Assembly: GCA_951406725.2 (NCBI GenBank)
Contig: OX597814.1
Span: forward strand, 52,700,001 to 52,764,000
Length of the DNA: 64,000 nt
Origin: Octopus vulgaris
Taxonomy: Eukaryota
Direction: 5' to 3'
Positions 13,578-25,445 of the stretch are shown piece by piece. Each line of letters opens with the position of its first letter. Position 1 is the stretch's first letter. A program made the translations under genes and the position numbers. The notes beneath the pieces were generated by a model. That model saw only the letters and a program-made list of their open reading frames with translations, had not been told where the DNA came from and did no database searches.

Positions 13578-14477
13578 TCTACTACATATGCAGGAAATTC
13601 TGTCTGGGTGTATTTGTGGAGTTGTTAGCTAACTCCTACATCGTTTTATCGATTTTGATGAAACTTGACACGTGAGTAGAACTAGAAACCTCATGGCATA
13701 CTCAGATTGTTGAAAAAAAAAATCGATGATAGGGCCCCTGGAAGGGATCCTTATATATATTTAATATATATTATTTTAAAAGCCAAGGAAAATAACCAAT
13801 TCGCCCCTGGAAGGGATCCTTGTATATATCCAAAGGAAATAACCCATTCATTTTCCTAAATTATTTTGTAAAAATGAAATTCAGTATGCTTATTTCTTAG
13901 TATTTGAAATGTTAGTTATTTTCACAATTTATCCAGTACAACCCTTAAACAAGTAAATAGTATTTTCTTAAACAATAGATCCACTTATTTCGGTTAGTGA
14001 CTTATTCACGTATATACCAACAATAGCGCCCCTGAGGGTAATATTCTCTGGGAACGCACAAAATCCCTTTTCAGAGTTATTTACTTTGAATTGTTATCTC
14101 ATATCTGATTAGCCTGTTATTACGTAACATGCTTCACAATTTTAGTATACATACCTTATTAGTATTTCCTCCTATGTTCTATATACTCTGGGAACGCATT
14201 AAAGCCCTTTTCGGGGCTACTTTATATGAATTCTTATTTTCGGGTAACTAATTTCATGTTATTACATAACTGACTTCACAATTTGGGTATTCATAAGTTA
14301 TTAGGAATTCCTAAAAACAAGATCCTGTGTAAGACAGTTCGGTATTCTCTGTAAATGCACAAAAACCGTTTTAAGGGCGACATGCTTTGTATTGTTATTG
14401 GATTAACGAAACAATTATGAGAACAGAATCAAGGGATAAGCCCCGCTTTCCCGGGAATTACCGGATACGTCAGCTAG
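13578..14477 (+). mobile_element. Non-autonomous Helitron
   Basis: A|TCTACTACATA 5' end. CCGG-GAATTA-CCGG hairpin about 10 nt before the CTAG|T 3' end. Internal tandem repeats (GCCCCTGGAAGGGATCCTT x2; about 150-bp unit x3 at about 14040-14400). Confidence 0.75.
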
Positions 14478-15547
14478 TTAAATCATAATACAAAACATCG
14501 CTACCTTAAACTTTATTATATCTATATTTTTCTGCCAATGATATATTTACTTAATTCACCTTGTTACGCACCCAGAATAATTAGTAGTTTGTTCTTTGCT
14601 CATGTTCCTAGGTGACTTGATATTCCCCTCCATTTTGCTTCATGTACACAGTAAAGTTTATTTACTTCTGTCACAACAATTCTAAAATCTTTCTTGATTC
14701 ACATTTTATTTCACAACGTTAATGGTGGCAGCAGAAGGAAGTAATGGGTAGATGGGTATTCTTCATTTTCTGCATATATATATATGTGTTTATGTACGTA
14801 TGATGTGTGTGTACGAGCGCATCAGGTCGCTTTGAGTGTCTCTGGGAATATGTAACCTAATACAACCTTTAACGACTTTGGTCGTCGCTGACTAAATTGG
14901 CCTGACGAGGAGGATTGCTAGTAAGCCAGATAAAAATCAAGACTCGTTAATTTGTCACAGGGTCAACATTTTCTAACAACAGAAATCGAGGACAGTTTCT
15001 CGAGATAGGGAATGAATGTGTTAAAAGCACTTGAGCGGTTAGTTATTGCGAAATGTGAAACCAGGATCGTTTAGTTTCAGGCCATCCCATCCTAGAGGAA
15101 AAGCAGTTATCTCTGATGTGTGAATGTAGTCATGTGTATGTTTCATTCGCTATAGTCAACTTCATGCATAGGAACTAAGAAACATTAAACTGATAATGTA
15201 TCCTTCAGAAGTGGTCATTGTCACTCCGGTAGTGAGGTATCACATGTACTTCTGTCTTACCTCGCTCGTGAGGACACATAGTTGTTGGAGCCTAGGTAGG
15301 AGCAGTCGTGATCTGCCAGTCACCAGCAAGGTAACGCCCTTAGGTGTTGCTGCTCTAAGAAATACAATGTCAAAGTGGTCGTATTGATTTGTAAGTTGAC
15401 TTCCACGATCGCGTGCGCCCGTATATGTCACCATGTCTGTCTGTCTGTATTTTACGTTTTTTGTATCGTCTTCTAAATGTTTTACGTTCATGTCCCAGTT
15501 TGTATTTTTTTACATAAATATATATATATATGTGTGTGTGTGTAGGA

Positions 15548-16808
15548 GGGCCGGCCCGCGAAATTTTTTTCCCACGATAGTATCTGACCCCAATAATGAA
15601 CTCATTTGCATACAGCCAATCAGAGCAGAACCACCTTTATCCTTTCTTCCTTTCTAGTCAGTACCGTGCATTTCTTATTTCCCCCCTCTCTACTGGGAGA
15701 CAGCGACTCTCCATCCTCTAACTACCTGTCGGGCAAAAGAATAAATATATGTAAATAATATTTCTTCCTTCTTGGTGTTGCTCCTTCGATGTTCACTGGT
15801 TACTCCGACGTTGCCACAATAATACACTTGCCCAAATTGAATTGCTGGAGTTATTTAATTTTTTCTAGAAATATGCTTTAAAAAAAAACTTATATTTTCA
15901 CCCAGTCAGGAAACAGGATTTGGAAGCTGTCATTTTGTGCGTGACTGCACATTTTGTCGTCAACATCCTGAAAATGCTTACATTTCTTATATTTTCCGTG
16001 AAATTTTCACGGATCCAGCTAGTTATAATAAATAGATCTATAATTTACTACTAATAATATAATAATACTCAGCGAAATTTTTTAGTACTCACATTTTCGT
16101 GACTATTTTTTAAAAAATCTTTTCTGCTTGGTTGCCAGCGTCAATTTTCTGTTCAAATTGATTTCATATTCAGTGTAATAATACACTTTCAAAGGCTAAT
16201 TAATAAAGTGAAAGTAATTTTCGCTATAAATCAATAAAGAGTTAGTAGTAATTAAAGTTTGAAAATATTGGTAATTTCAGTAAATCGTAAGCCACAGACA
16301 CACATTCATGTTTTTTCTCTTTTAAATTAACATAAACATTTATTTATATGAAAGAAAATTACTGGAGACATAACGTGTTGTTTACAAATATTGACAACAT
16401 GTGCTATTTTGTCACGTACAAAATGACAGCTTCAAAATCATGTTTCTTGACTGGATGAAAATGATCAAACTTTAAACTTCAATAACTTTTTTAAAACATT
16501 TTTCTAGAAAAAAAATGAAATAACTCCAGTAATTCAGTTTGGGCAAGTGTATTATTGTGCCAACGTCGGAGTAACCAGTGAACATCGAAGGATCAACACC
16601 GAGAAGGAAGAAATATTATTTACATATATTTATTCGTTTTCCCGACAGGTAGTTAGAGGAAGTTGTCTGCCAGTAGAGAGGGAAAGAGTAAGGAATGCAC
16701 GGTACTGACTAGAAAGGATAAAGGTGGTCTGCTTTGATTGGCTATATGCAAATGAGTTCATTACTGGGGTCCGAAACACTCGTGGGATAAAAATTTCGCA
16801 GTCGGCCC
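15548..16808. repeat. About 400-bp inverted duplication (arms 15548-15945 and 16411-16808)
   Basis: The arms align as reverse complements along their length with scattered substitutions and indels. Each has an ATTTGCAT octamer and a CCAAT box. Spacer about 465 bp. Confidence 0.9.
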
Positions 16809-19800
16809 CAGGGTTGCTGTCGTCCCAAACAAGCTGAACTGTACAAGCTTTCGGTCGTGGAAATTTCCATGTCTTTGTCACGCCCTCCTTGGTTCCCCTT
16901 ACCACATGGCGACCCAAGTTCCCCGGTTTTTTCCAGTGTATCACTGAAATAATACTAAAAGATGTTAGCTTTACACACACACACACACACCTTATTGAGC
17001 AGTTTTTCACTTTTTTCATTCTTATAGCTGGAATTTCATTTCATATTTTCCCTCTTAACTGTCACTATAATCCAAACTTCATTGCTTTAACGTCACACCT
17101 TTATTGTTATCTGTATGTGTAGCATGTGTCAGGTATAGTAGTTGGCACTAAACCTAGTGGTAAAAAGTACACTTGCATTACATACAAAAAAAATGTGTTT
17201 ATACCATTTGCAATATTCTGTTAACATGGATATCATTTATTATCTATCAAGGTAACTCACAAATATGGCCTCTCTGAAGAAGAAAAATAATGACCAAGCT
17301 GGCATTTATTTATTGCATCTAGTTTTTTAATGTTTCTATTAATTTTTTAAAAGTAATATTACGCTTCCTTAGAGAAATTCTAATTGTGAAATATTTTTGT
17401 CCATGACCCTGGTTTTATTGTCAAGGTCGTGCCAACGGACATTAAATATTGCTGTAGCTGTTTCAGTCACATTGTTCTGTTTTATGAAATCTAATATAGC
17501 CATCGACTGTAGTAATGCTGTGAGTGTGTTGGCTTGCTTCAGTAGATTCCGTTAAACCTTGTAGTGTGATAAAAAAAAATCCCCTCAAATGCTTCCATAT
17601 AGTTTTGATAGAAAAATTTAGAAGAATTAGACGAAAGTTCGGTAATTTTCTTTCATGTAAATGTTTATGTTAATTTAAACATTTGTCAGCAAAATCTTAT
17701 AAAATCACAGTGATCTAAGAGATGTACATGTTTACATGTTATATATATGAAAATAAAAATTTTATCAAGCCAGTTATTTTAATACAATAAATACATAATT
17801 TTACAAGTTTGCTAATGTGTTTGTGTGTCTGTGTGCGCGAATTACGTAACTTAATATTTCGTTATGAACAAAATTACTGTTACCGTATTCTTTCGGAACA
17901 GACTGTTGAATATTTATCAATGAATAGTTAATATTGTTTTGAGCTTTTAGCCTATAAAAATATTTAGCTTTCCTCCACAACTGTTTTGGGGAAACAAACA
18001 CTTATTCTATTGTGCATAAGGTATTGCAATATTGTCGTAGTTTTCATAATATAATTTTGTTCACACGTTGATACTTTATACGAATGTAAATCGGCACCAG
18101 TATTTGAATGGCCTTTGTATTTTATTGAACTTAGTAGGATGAAAGGCAAAGTTAAACTTGGCGCGATTTGAACTAAGAACGTAAGGGACCATAGCAAAGC
18201 ATTTTGTCCAACGGTCTGACGATTCCGCGAAGGTCGATTTTGCCTTATCTTCTATAACTGATAAAATAAGTAGTGACTAAATATCTCCTTCGAAATGTTT
18301 AGCATCACGACGTTAGAAATCATTGGATTAGCAGTGTCGTCAGTATCAGACAAAACAAAGCCCTTGCGGTAATTATTCCGACACCTTACAGTCTAAGTTC
18401 AGACCTTCCTTTCAGTATCAGTCGAGTATTGCGGTCGAAGTAACCGACTTTCTCCTCTCAAAATTGCAGCCTTGAACCAAAATCTGAAATCGTCATCATC
18501 ATCATGATTATTAATTTTATTATTGTTACCATGCCAGACAAAATGCTTCGCAGTATTTCTTCTGGTTCGAAGTTCAAATGCTGCCGAGGTCAACTTAGTC
18601 TTTTATCCTTTCGGGCTCGATAAACTAGAATAAAATACCCCCCCACCCCAAGTTTCAGGACTTGTGCTTATAGTAGAAAAAATGGATCTAGTTGGTTTGG
18701 CTGACATCATTTTAAAAATTAAAGTTTATCGAATTTTTTTTTTAATTTGGCACATTAATATACTTTTCCAAACTGAAATGCTGGAGTTATTTTACTTTTA
18801 CCAGAAAAAATGTTTTTATAAAGTTATAGAGGTTTAAAGTTTTGATCATTTTCACCCAGTGAGGAAACAAGATTTGGAAGCTGTCATTTTGTGTGTAACT
18901 GCTGAAAATAGCGCGTTTTTAACTGTAAACAAATCAAATTCTGCTTAATGTACGACATATAGCCCCTCATGACTTTTTTAAATTTGAAATTTTCAGAAAA
19001 ATTTTGCACATTTGTACTCTACGCATGGGAATCCATACGATTATGCGAAGAACATTTTAATGGGCGGGGGATTTAAGGCCTATTTAGCTGTTATTTGTAG
19101 CACATCTCACGACCATGATACAAGCAACAGAACACAGTTTCAACGCACATAACATCGTATAGGATATATTTGACATGTACTTTTTAACTGACAAAAGAGT
19201 TCTAATGTCTGGTTTGTTACTATGGAAACAGGCATGAATGTGTCTGTGGCTTATGATTGGCTAAAATTACCCAAAATTTTCAAACTTTAATTGCTAATAA
19301 CTCTTTATTTTCATGTCATTCATTAGCCTATAAAAGTGTATCATTACATTGAATATGAAATCAATTAGAACAGAAATTAATGCTGGCAGCCAGACAAACT
19401 AGATCTGAAAGAATAATTATCATTAATATTGTCTCAACTCTTGTCTTTCAATTGTCAAATCTAGACATGTGATTGGATCCTTGACCTTGCAGATCCTTGG
19501 ACACAATACTGATACAATCATACACCAAATACTAACAGATTTGATAGACTTAAAATAAAATGTGTACTCAGGGTCAATTCGGTCAACTATATTCTTTACA
19601 TGAAAACATTTCTAACCTGTATGATGTAAGAAATAAATGGCACCAAACTAAATATTTTGTGATATTTAATTAACGTCTGTTTACATTGCTTATTCAAGTC
19701 TTGCTAGAGTCAACGCCTTTCATTACTTTTGAGGTTGATTAAGTGCCAGTGTCAATTAAGCTGTCATGCTTTCAACGCAAAAGTGTAAGGCATTGTGCCA

Positions 19801-20450
19801 ATGATAGAAATCATAATTATTTATACTGTTATTTATTGGCTTTGTGCCTAAGAAAAACATAATTAAACTTGGCTATTACGAATAATTATGAAACATTTGT
19901 CTTCTTTTTCATGATGACATTATCTTAATGAATATTTTAAGTTGGTATGTGTCTTATAAATTGATTTAATGTATGATTCTGAACTTCAAAAAAAATATAC
20001 TTCTTTAAAGGAATGCCATATTGTCTAGTTCCTTTAACTTTAGATTTCATTGTCTTTGGCTATTTCCCCATAATGTCTGCTACAGACCTAGAAAAACAAA
20101 TAGAAAAGCAGATGTGCAACAGGTGATTAACAAATGGCTTCCAATTTCTTTGACAATTATAAAACATGCATGTATATGTATGAGAATGTATATGTATCTT
20201 TATATATACATGTGTAATATAATCTAATATAATGGTGGCAAGCTGGCAGATAGCTACCATGCTGGACAAAATGCTTAGCACTATTCTTCTGACTTTACTT
20301 TCTAAGTTCAAATGCTGCCAGGGTTGATTTTGCTTTTCGTCCTTTCGGGATTGATAAAGTAAGTAACAGTTGAGTACTGTAGTTGATGTAATTGACTTAT
20401 TCTCTCCCCTGAAATTGCTGAACTTGTGCCAAATTTGAAACCAATATTAT

Positions 20451-20508
<58 letters not shown>

Positions 20509-21092
20509 TATAAAATACAGTTCTCTATCAGTTCTTTTTGGGTAGTGTTTTTGGATGAGTGTCCTATGTAACTCATGAGCATTTTATTCTTCTGAAAGAT
20601 GAGAGTTCTAAAAATTGTTGTTAATGAAATCTCTTTATAGTTTTCACAGTATGACCCAAGTCAAACTACCCACACAGCCAGGGATAATTGGTGCAACACA
20701 GTCATTAATGAGTGTTACATATTTAGCCAACCATGCAACCACTCTCATATAGTTTCCATTGCAGAAGTTTAGTATATAAACAAATTTTCTGAGGCTGCAT
20801 TTGACTTGTTTCTCAGATTAGTCTTCTAATTAATTCAGTATTTATTTATTTATTTGTTGCTCATAAAGTTATCATCTTTCCCTCATGAAAATACAGCTAT
20901 TCATTCACCACCAGCTTCATGGAGGGGTAGAAAAACAAGGAATTATTGTTAACTAAAAAACTGAAAGATATGGCTGTATGTATAGAAAGTACACTTTTCA
21001 ACCAGGTGGATTTGGGTTCAGTCCCACTGTGAGGCACCTTGGGCCAGTGTCTTCTACTAAAGCCCTGGGCTATAGTGAAAGTCCGTTTTGTG

Positions 21093-21138
<46 letters not shown>

Positions 21139-21553
21139 GTGTGTAGTTGAAATTTATAGAAAAACAAAAAACGAAGACAGGTGTATGAACAACAAGCAAG
21201 TGTATTAGTTTGATGCTCAGGAAAATGAAAATGCCTTTCACGTTTTGAGTCTACACTCTTCAGCAAAAAATAAACAGAGAGAATGAAAAAAACTTGTAGA
21301 TTTCAGTGATAGGTACTGTTTGTGTGTTCAGCTGATAACCAGTATTGGTTTTATTTATGACCCCGTAGATCAGTGGTTCAGCAAAAGAGACTGATAGAAT
21401 GAATACTATACTTCAAAGTAATATATATATAAAAATGTGTTATGTATGTTTATATGTGTGTGCGTGTATATATATATATATATATAGTTGTATTTCGGGA
21501 TGGTCATTTTTTGTTTTTTTTTTTGTTTTTCCAAAATAAACATGCACTATATA

Positions 21554-23916
21554 CCATATATACTTGGCTATAAGTCACACTTTTTTACCCTGAAATTTTC
21601 TCCTAAAGTTGGGGTGCAACTTATAAATGCATCCTATAAAAAAATTTTCAGATATTTTTTTGGTACAAGCCATGTCTGAAGTTCCGACACTTGGAATAAC
21701 TGAAAAAACCTGAATCACTAATTCTGAAACCAAGAAGTACTTGGAAGACGATCTTTAGATATTTCTTTACTTATTTTAGTATGAAATAGGCAATTAATTT
21801 TAAAAAGTGAGTTTAATACTTGTTTGTTTTTGTACTGTACTTGTCTTTCTGTAATTTGACACCATGTTATTTGTTAACATGAAGAGAAAGAGGAATTTGT
21901 ATGATATCACTTTCAAACTGAAAGTTGTTGAATATGTAAAGTCGCATTTGAATCAAGGTGCAGAAAGAGAATTTGGGGTCCCAGAAAAAATGGTCAGGGA
22001 TTGGCGTTTGAAAGAGGAGAAAATGAAATCTATAGACATCAAATTGTTAAAGAAAATTAGTATAGGAATGAGTCCCAATGAAGAGATGGAAACTATTTTG
22101 AGAGACTGAACTACGCACAAATGGACTTGTCATCACAAGAAACATCATTAGATTGTGGGATCTCCAAGTAATTAAAGCACATGATATATCTGACTCTAAA
22201 GCATCCCCTGGCTGGTGTACAAGGTTTATGAAATGCCACAATCTTATGCTGAGATTGCACAGAAATTACTTGCCAACATAGAGAGAGCAAAGTTGATTCC
22301 TTCCATCGGTGTGTAATAGATCTATGAAAGAGCCACAAGTTTGCCTTGGAAGCAATCGATAATATGGATTAGACATCCCTTTTTTCAATATAGTTGAAAC
22401 TCGGACAGTTGACATTAAAGGGAAAAACACAGTTTCGGTAAAAACTATGGGGAGCAACAAGGCTCACTTCACTGCAATTTTGGCTTGTATAGCTGACAAT
22501 ATGGAACTTACCCCAGCTGTTGTTTTCAAAAGAAAGACTTTCCCGAAAGGGAAGTTTCCAAAGGTATGGTGGTGTATGTTCTGGAGAAAGTGGGGGTGGA
22601 GGAAATCGTATTGACGAACTGGTTAAACAGTGTGTGGTTCAAGTGCCCAGGGGTTATGCTTAATTCAAAGTCACTTCTTGTATGGGATATGCTCAAGCTC
22701 ATCTGATCGACAGCATAAATTATAGATTAAAGGAGCATTGTACATACCAAGCTGTGATTCCAGGTGGGTGTACATCTGTGCTTCAGCCACTCAACATGCC
22801 AGTGAGCAAACCTTTTATGGTGAACATGCATGCCAAATGGAATGAATGGCCAATTAATGGTGACAAAGAAATGACAAAGGCTGGGAACTTAAAATGCCCT
22901 GACCTTTAGACTGTTTGCTAGTGGGTAATAGAGTCATGGACTGAAATATCAAGTGAACTTGTGATGAAATCATTTTTGAAGCATGGGATCTCAAATTCCA
23001 TGGATGGTACGGAAGATGATGAACTATAACATTTGTACTAGAAATGTTATCCCCAGTGCTTCATCAGTTAATGAAGATCAGACAAGTGAAGACCAGGATC
23101 AGGATGTATATGACGAGACCATCACAACCGAGGAGTTTTACCAGTTTGGTGAAAGTGATGATTAATATAAATTGATTCTTCCTTCATTTATTCTTCTGAT
23201 TTTTGTCACCATGTTTCATACACTTCCTTACAATTTAACCCTTTCATTACCAACCTGGCTAAAACCAGCTCTGGCTCTGAGTACAAATGTCCATGTTTTC
23301 ATAAGTTTTGAATTAAAATCTTCCACCAAACCTTAGTCACAATTTGTGTTCCTAACACTAACTGAATGATAACTAAGTTATTTTACTAAATTCTTTGTTA
23401 TATTTAAAGTAATTGAAAGAAACACAGAGCATCTCAAAATAAATGCAGTAACAAAAGGGTTAAAACAGTTTATTGTATTTTTTTTTTCCAATCATAGTGC
23501 ATATGACTGCATGGTTTTGTGTGCCAGTTGCTGCAAAATTATTCTAATAATGAAAGGCATAAATCAAAAAGTAAAGGGAAAGGATTAAGGCAATTAAGTC
23601 TCAATATGATAAGCAAGTCAACTAGCATTATCAAGGATAAAATTTTACATCATAAACAACAGTTTCTAAAATGCATGGACTTAATGGGATAACAGTTGTT
23701 GTAAGTCATCTTCAGCTTACTGAAAGCTTGGTTACTGAACAACAACTATGTCGGCATGATTCCTAATTCAACTTTGCTCTCCAACATAAAAAAAGTCACT
23801 GTGATTTATAGTCAGGTCAATGATAAAATTCCCAATTTGAACCTTCTAAGTCGGGGTGGGGCGGGGGGATGGGGGGTGCCTTATTGTGAGGATGTTTTAA
23901 AGTCAAGTATATACAA
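21554..23916 (+). mobile_element. pogo-family (POGK/Passer-like) DNA transposon with decayed transposase
   Basis: TA TSDs at 21552 and 23917. Decayed TIRs (CCATATATACTTGGCTATAAG; reverse complement of the right end TTGTATATACTTGACTTTAA). Brinker-type DBD (YDITFKLKVVEY..AEREFGVPEKMVRDWR) and DDE_1 fragments (AVIPGGCTSVLQPL..VSKPF) with stops and frameshifts. Confidence 0.9.
23239..23459. mobile_element. piggyBac-like MITE nested in the pogo element
   Basis: TTAA on both sides (23235, 23460). TIRs CCCTTTCATTAC / GTAACAAAAGGG (10/12). Confidence 0.8.
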
Positions 23917-24877
23917 TATTCGTTCCTCACTTGTTTATTACTGTTCTTTTCCTAACTCATGTTCTTTGTCCTGAAATCTTTTGTCACACATCTGTGATCT
24001 TCTCAGTGACATTTTTCGTCTTTGTGTGTGCTCTTGCTCTATTTATTCCATTCTCAATGGACATGAGTTAGAATAAGAACAGTAATAAATGAGTGAAGAA
24101 CAAATATATAGTGCGCATGTTTATTTGGCAAAAAACAAAAATGACCATCCTGAAATACAACAATATCTGTTTCAACATACAACTTCACACCAGGAATCTT
24201 GCAACGCAAATTCATAAACTCAAAAGGCATGCATTAATGCATGTCTTTTGAGACATGCATTAATGCAAAATGGCATTAGTAATTGAAGCAGTTCAATAGT
24301 GGATTTCATTTTAAAAACGTTTCTGAATAAATAACAATTATGGTGATTAAGTGTCTTTGTGGATCTATTTCAGTTAGTTATACATCCTTATTTTTCTTGG
24401 AGCAGATTAAAAACTAACAATAATTCCACTTCAACCTACATATAGTTAATACATTGGAACCGTAAACTTAATTGCTCATATTCTGTTCACTACATTTCTT
24501 AGATTTATTGCAAATTTCCTGAGTTTTTAAATATGGCAATAAGTGCTAATATTAAACATTAAAAATCAAGACAGTAGCATTAATATCAAGCATTGAAGAG
24601 GCTATTTAAAACTTATAGTCAAACTGGTTTTACTGTATGCAAATAATGTAATTTATTTATGGAGAAAATAAGCTTCTTGTTATTTTATTTCCTTTTAAAT
24701 GTCAGTATATTGATAGACTTAATAGCAAGGAAATATATATTAGATTTAACTCTTTGCAGCTTACCAAGAGCTGTTTATTTCTCGTTCTATTACAGAAGGT
24801 AAGCTATTTCCTATTGCCATCATCATCCTTGTTGTTGTCATTGCCACCACCGTTGCGATGATGATGATGATAATTAA

Positions 24878-25335
24878 GGCAGCGAGCTGGCTGAATCAAT
24901 AGCATGCCAGGCAAAATGGTTAGTGGCATTCTGTCCGTCTTTATGTTCTGAGTTCAAATTCTGTCGAGGTTGACTTTACCTTTCATCCTTTCAGAGTCAA
25001 TAAATTAAGTACCAGTTGAGTACCGGAGTCGATGTAACTGACTTGTTCCCTCCCCACAAAAAATAGCTACCCTTGTGATAAAATTTGAAATCATTATTAT
25101 TATTAAGGTGGTAAGCTGGCAGATTTGTTAGCATGCTGGATGAAATGCTTAGTGATATTCTGCTTGTTGCCATGTTCTGAGTTTCAATTCTGCTGAAGTT
25201 AACTTTGCCTTTCATCCTTTTTGGGTCAATAAAATAAGTACCAGATGAACACTGTGATCGATGTAATTAACTTATCCTCTCCCTCAAAATTGCTGCCCTT
25301 GTGGCAGAATTAAAGGATTATGATTAGTTGAAAGG

Positions 25336-25383
<48 letters not shown>

Positions 25384-25445
25384 GAAGGTGGCAAGATTGC
25401 AGAATCGTTAGCATGCTGGCTTAGCAGCATTTTGTCCAATTTTGC
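24878..25445 (+). mobile_element. Head-to-tail array of Meta-domain-like SINEs (two full, one partial)
   Basis: Each unit has GAGCTGGCAGAAT..GAGTTCAAATTC..GACTTTGCCTTTCATCCTTTCGGGGTCGATAAA..AAGTACCAG and an (ATT)n tail. Further copies at about 5966, 8222, 8341, 9150, 18115-18680, 20232, 57190 and 60180. Confidence 0.75.

Larger units (their letters stand above)
21487..24161. mobile_element. Short palindromic element split by the pogo insertion
   Basis: The left arm (21487-21553 plus 23919-23962) is the inverted complement of about 24061-24161 (GTTGTATTTCGGGATGGTCATTTTT..AAATAAACATG / CATGTTTATTT..AAAAATGACCATCCTGAAATACAAC). Confidence 0.8.

Noticed and set aside
13730-14400. Spaced direct repeats resembling a CRISPR array
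   Set aside because: The context is eukaryotic, there are only 2-3 degenerate units with homologous spacers, they lie inside a Helitron, and there are no cas genes.
14895-14950. CTGACGAG hammerhead-like box
   Set aside because: There is no stem II or GAAA partner at a suitable distance.
21864-23165. Domesticated POGK-like host gene
   Set aside because: Multiple stops and frameshifts, plus retained TIRs and TSDs, show a dead transposon copy.
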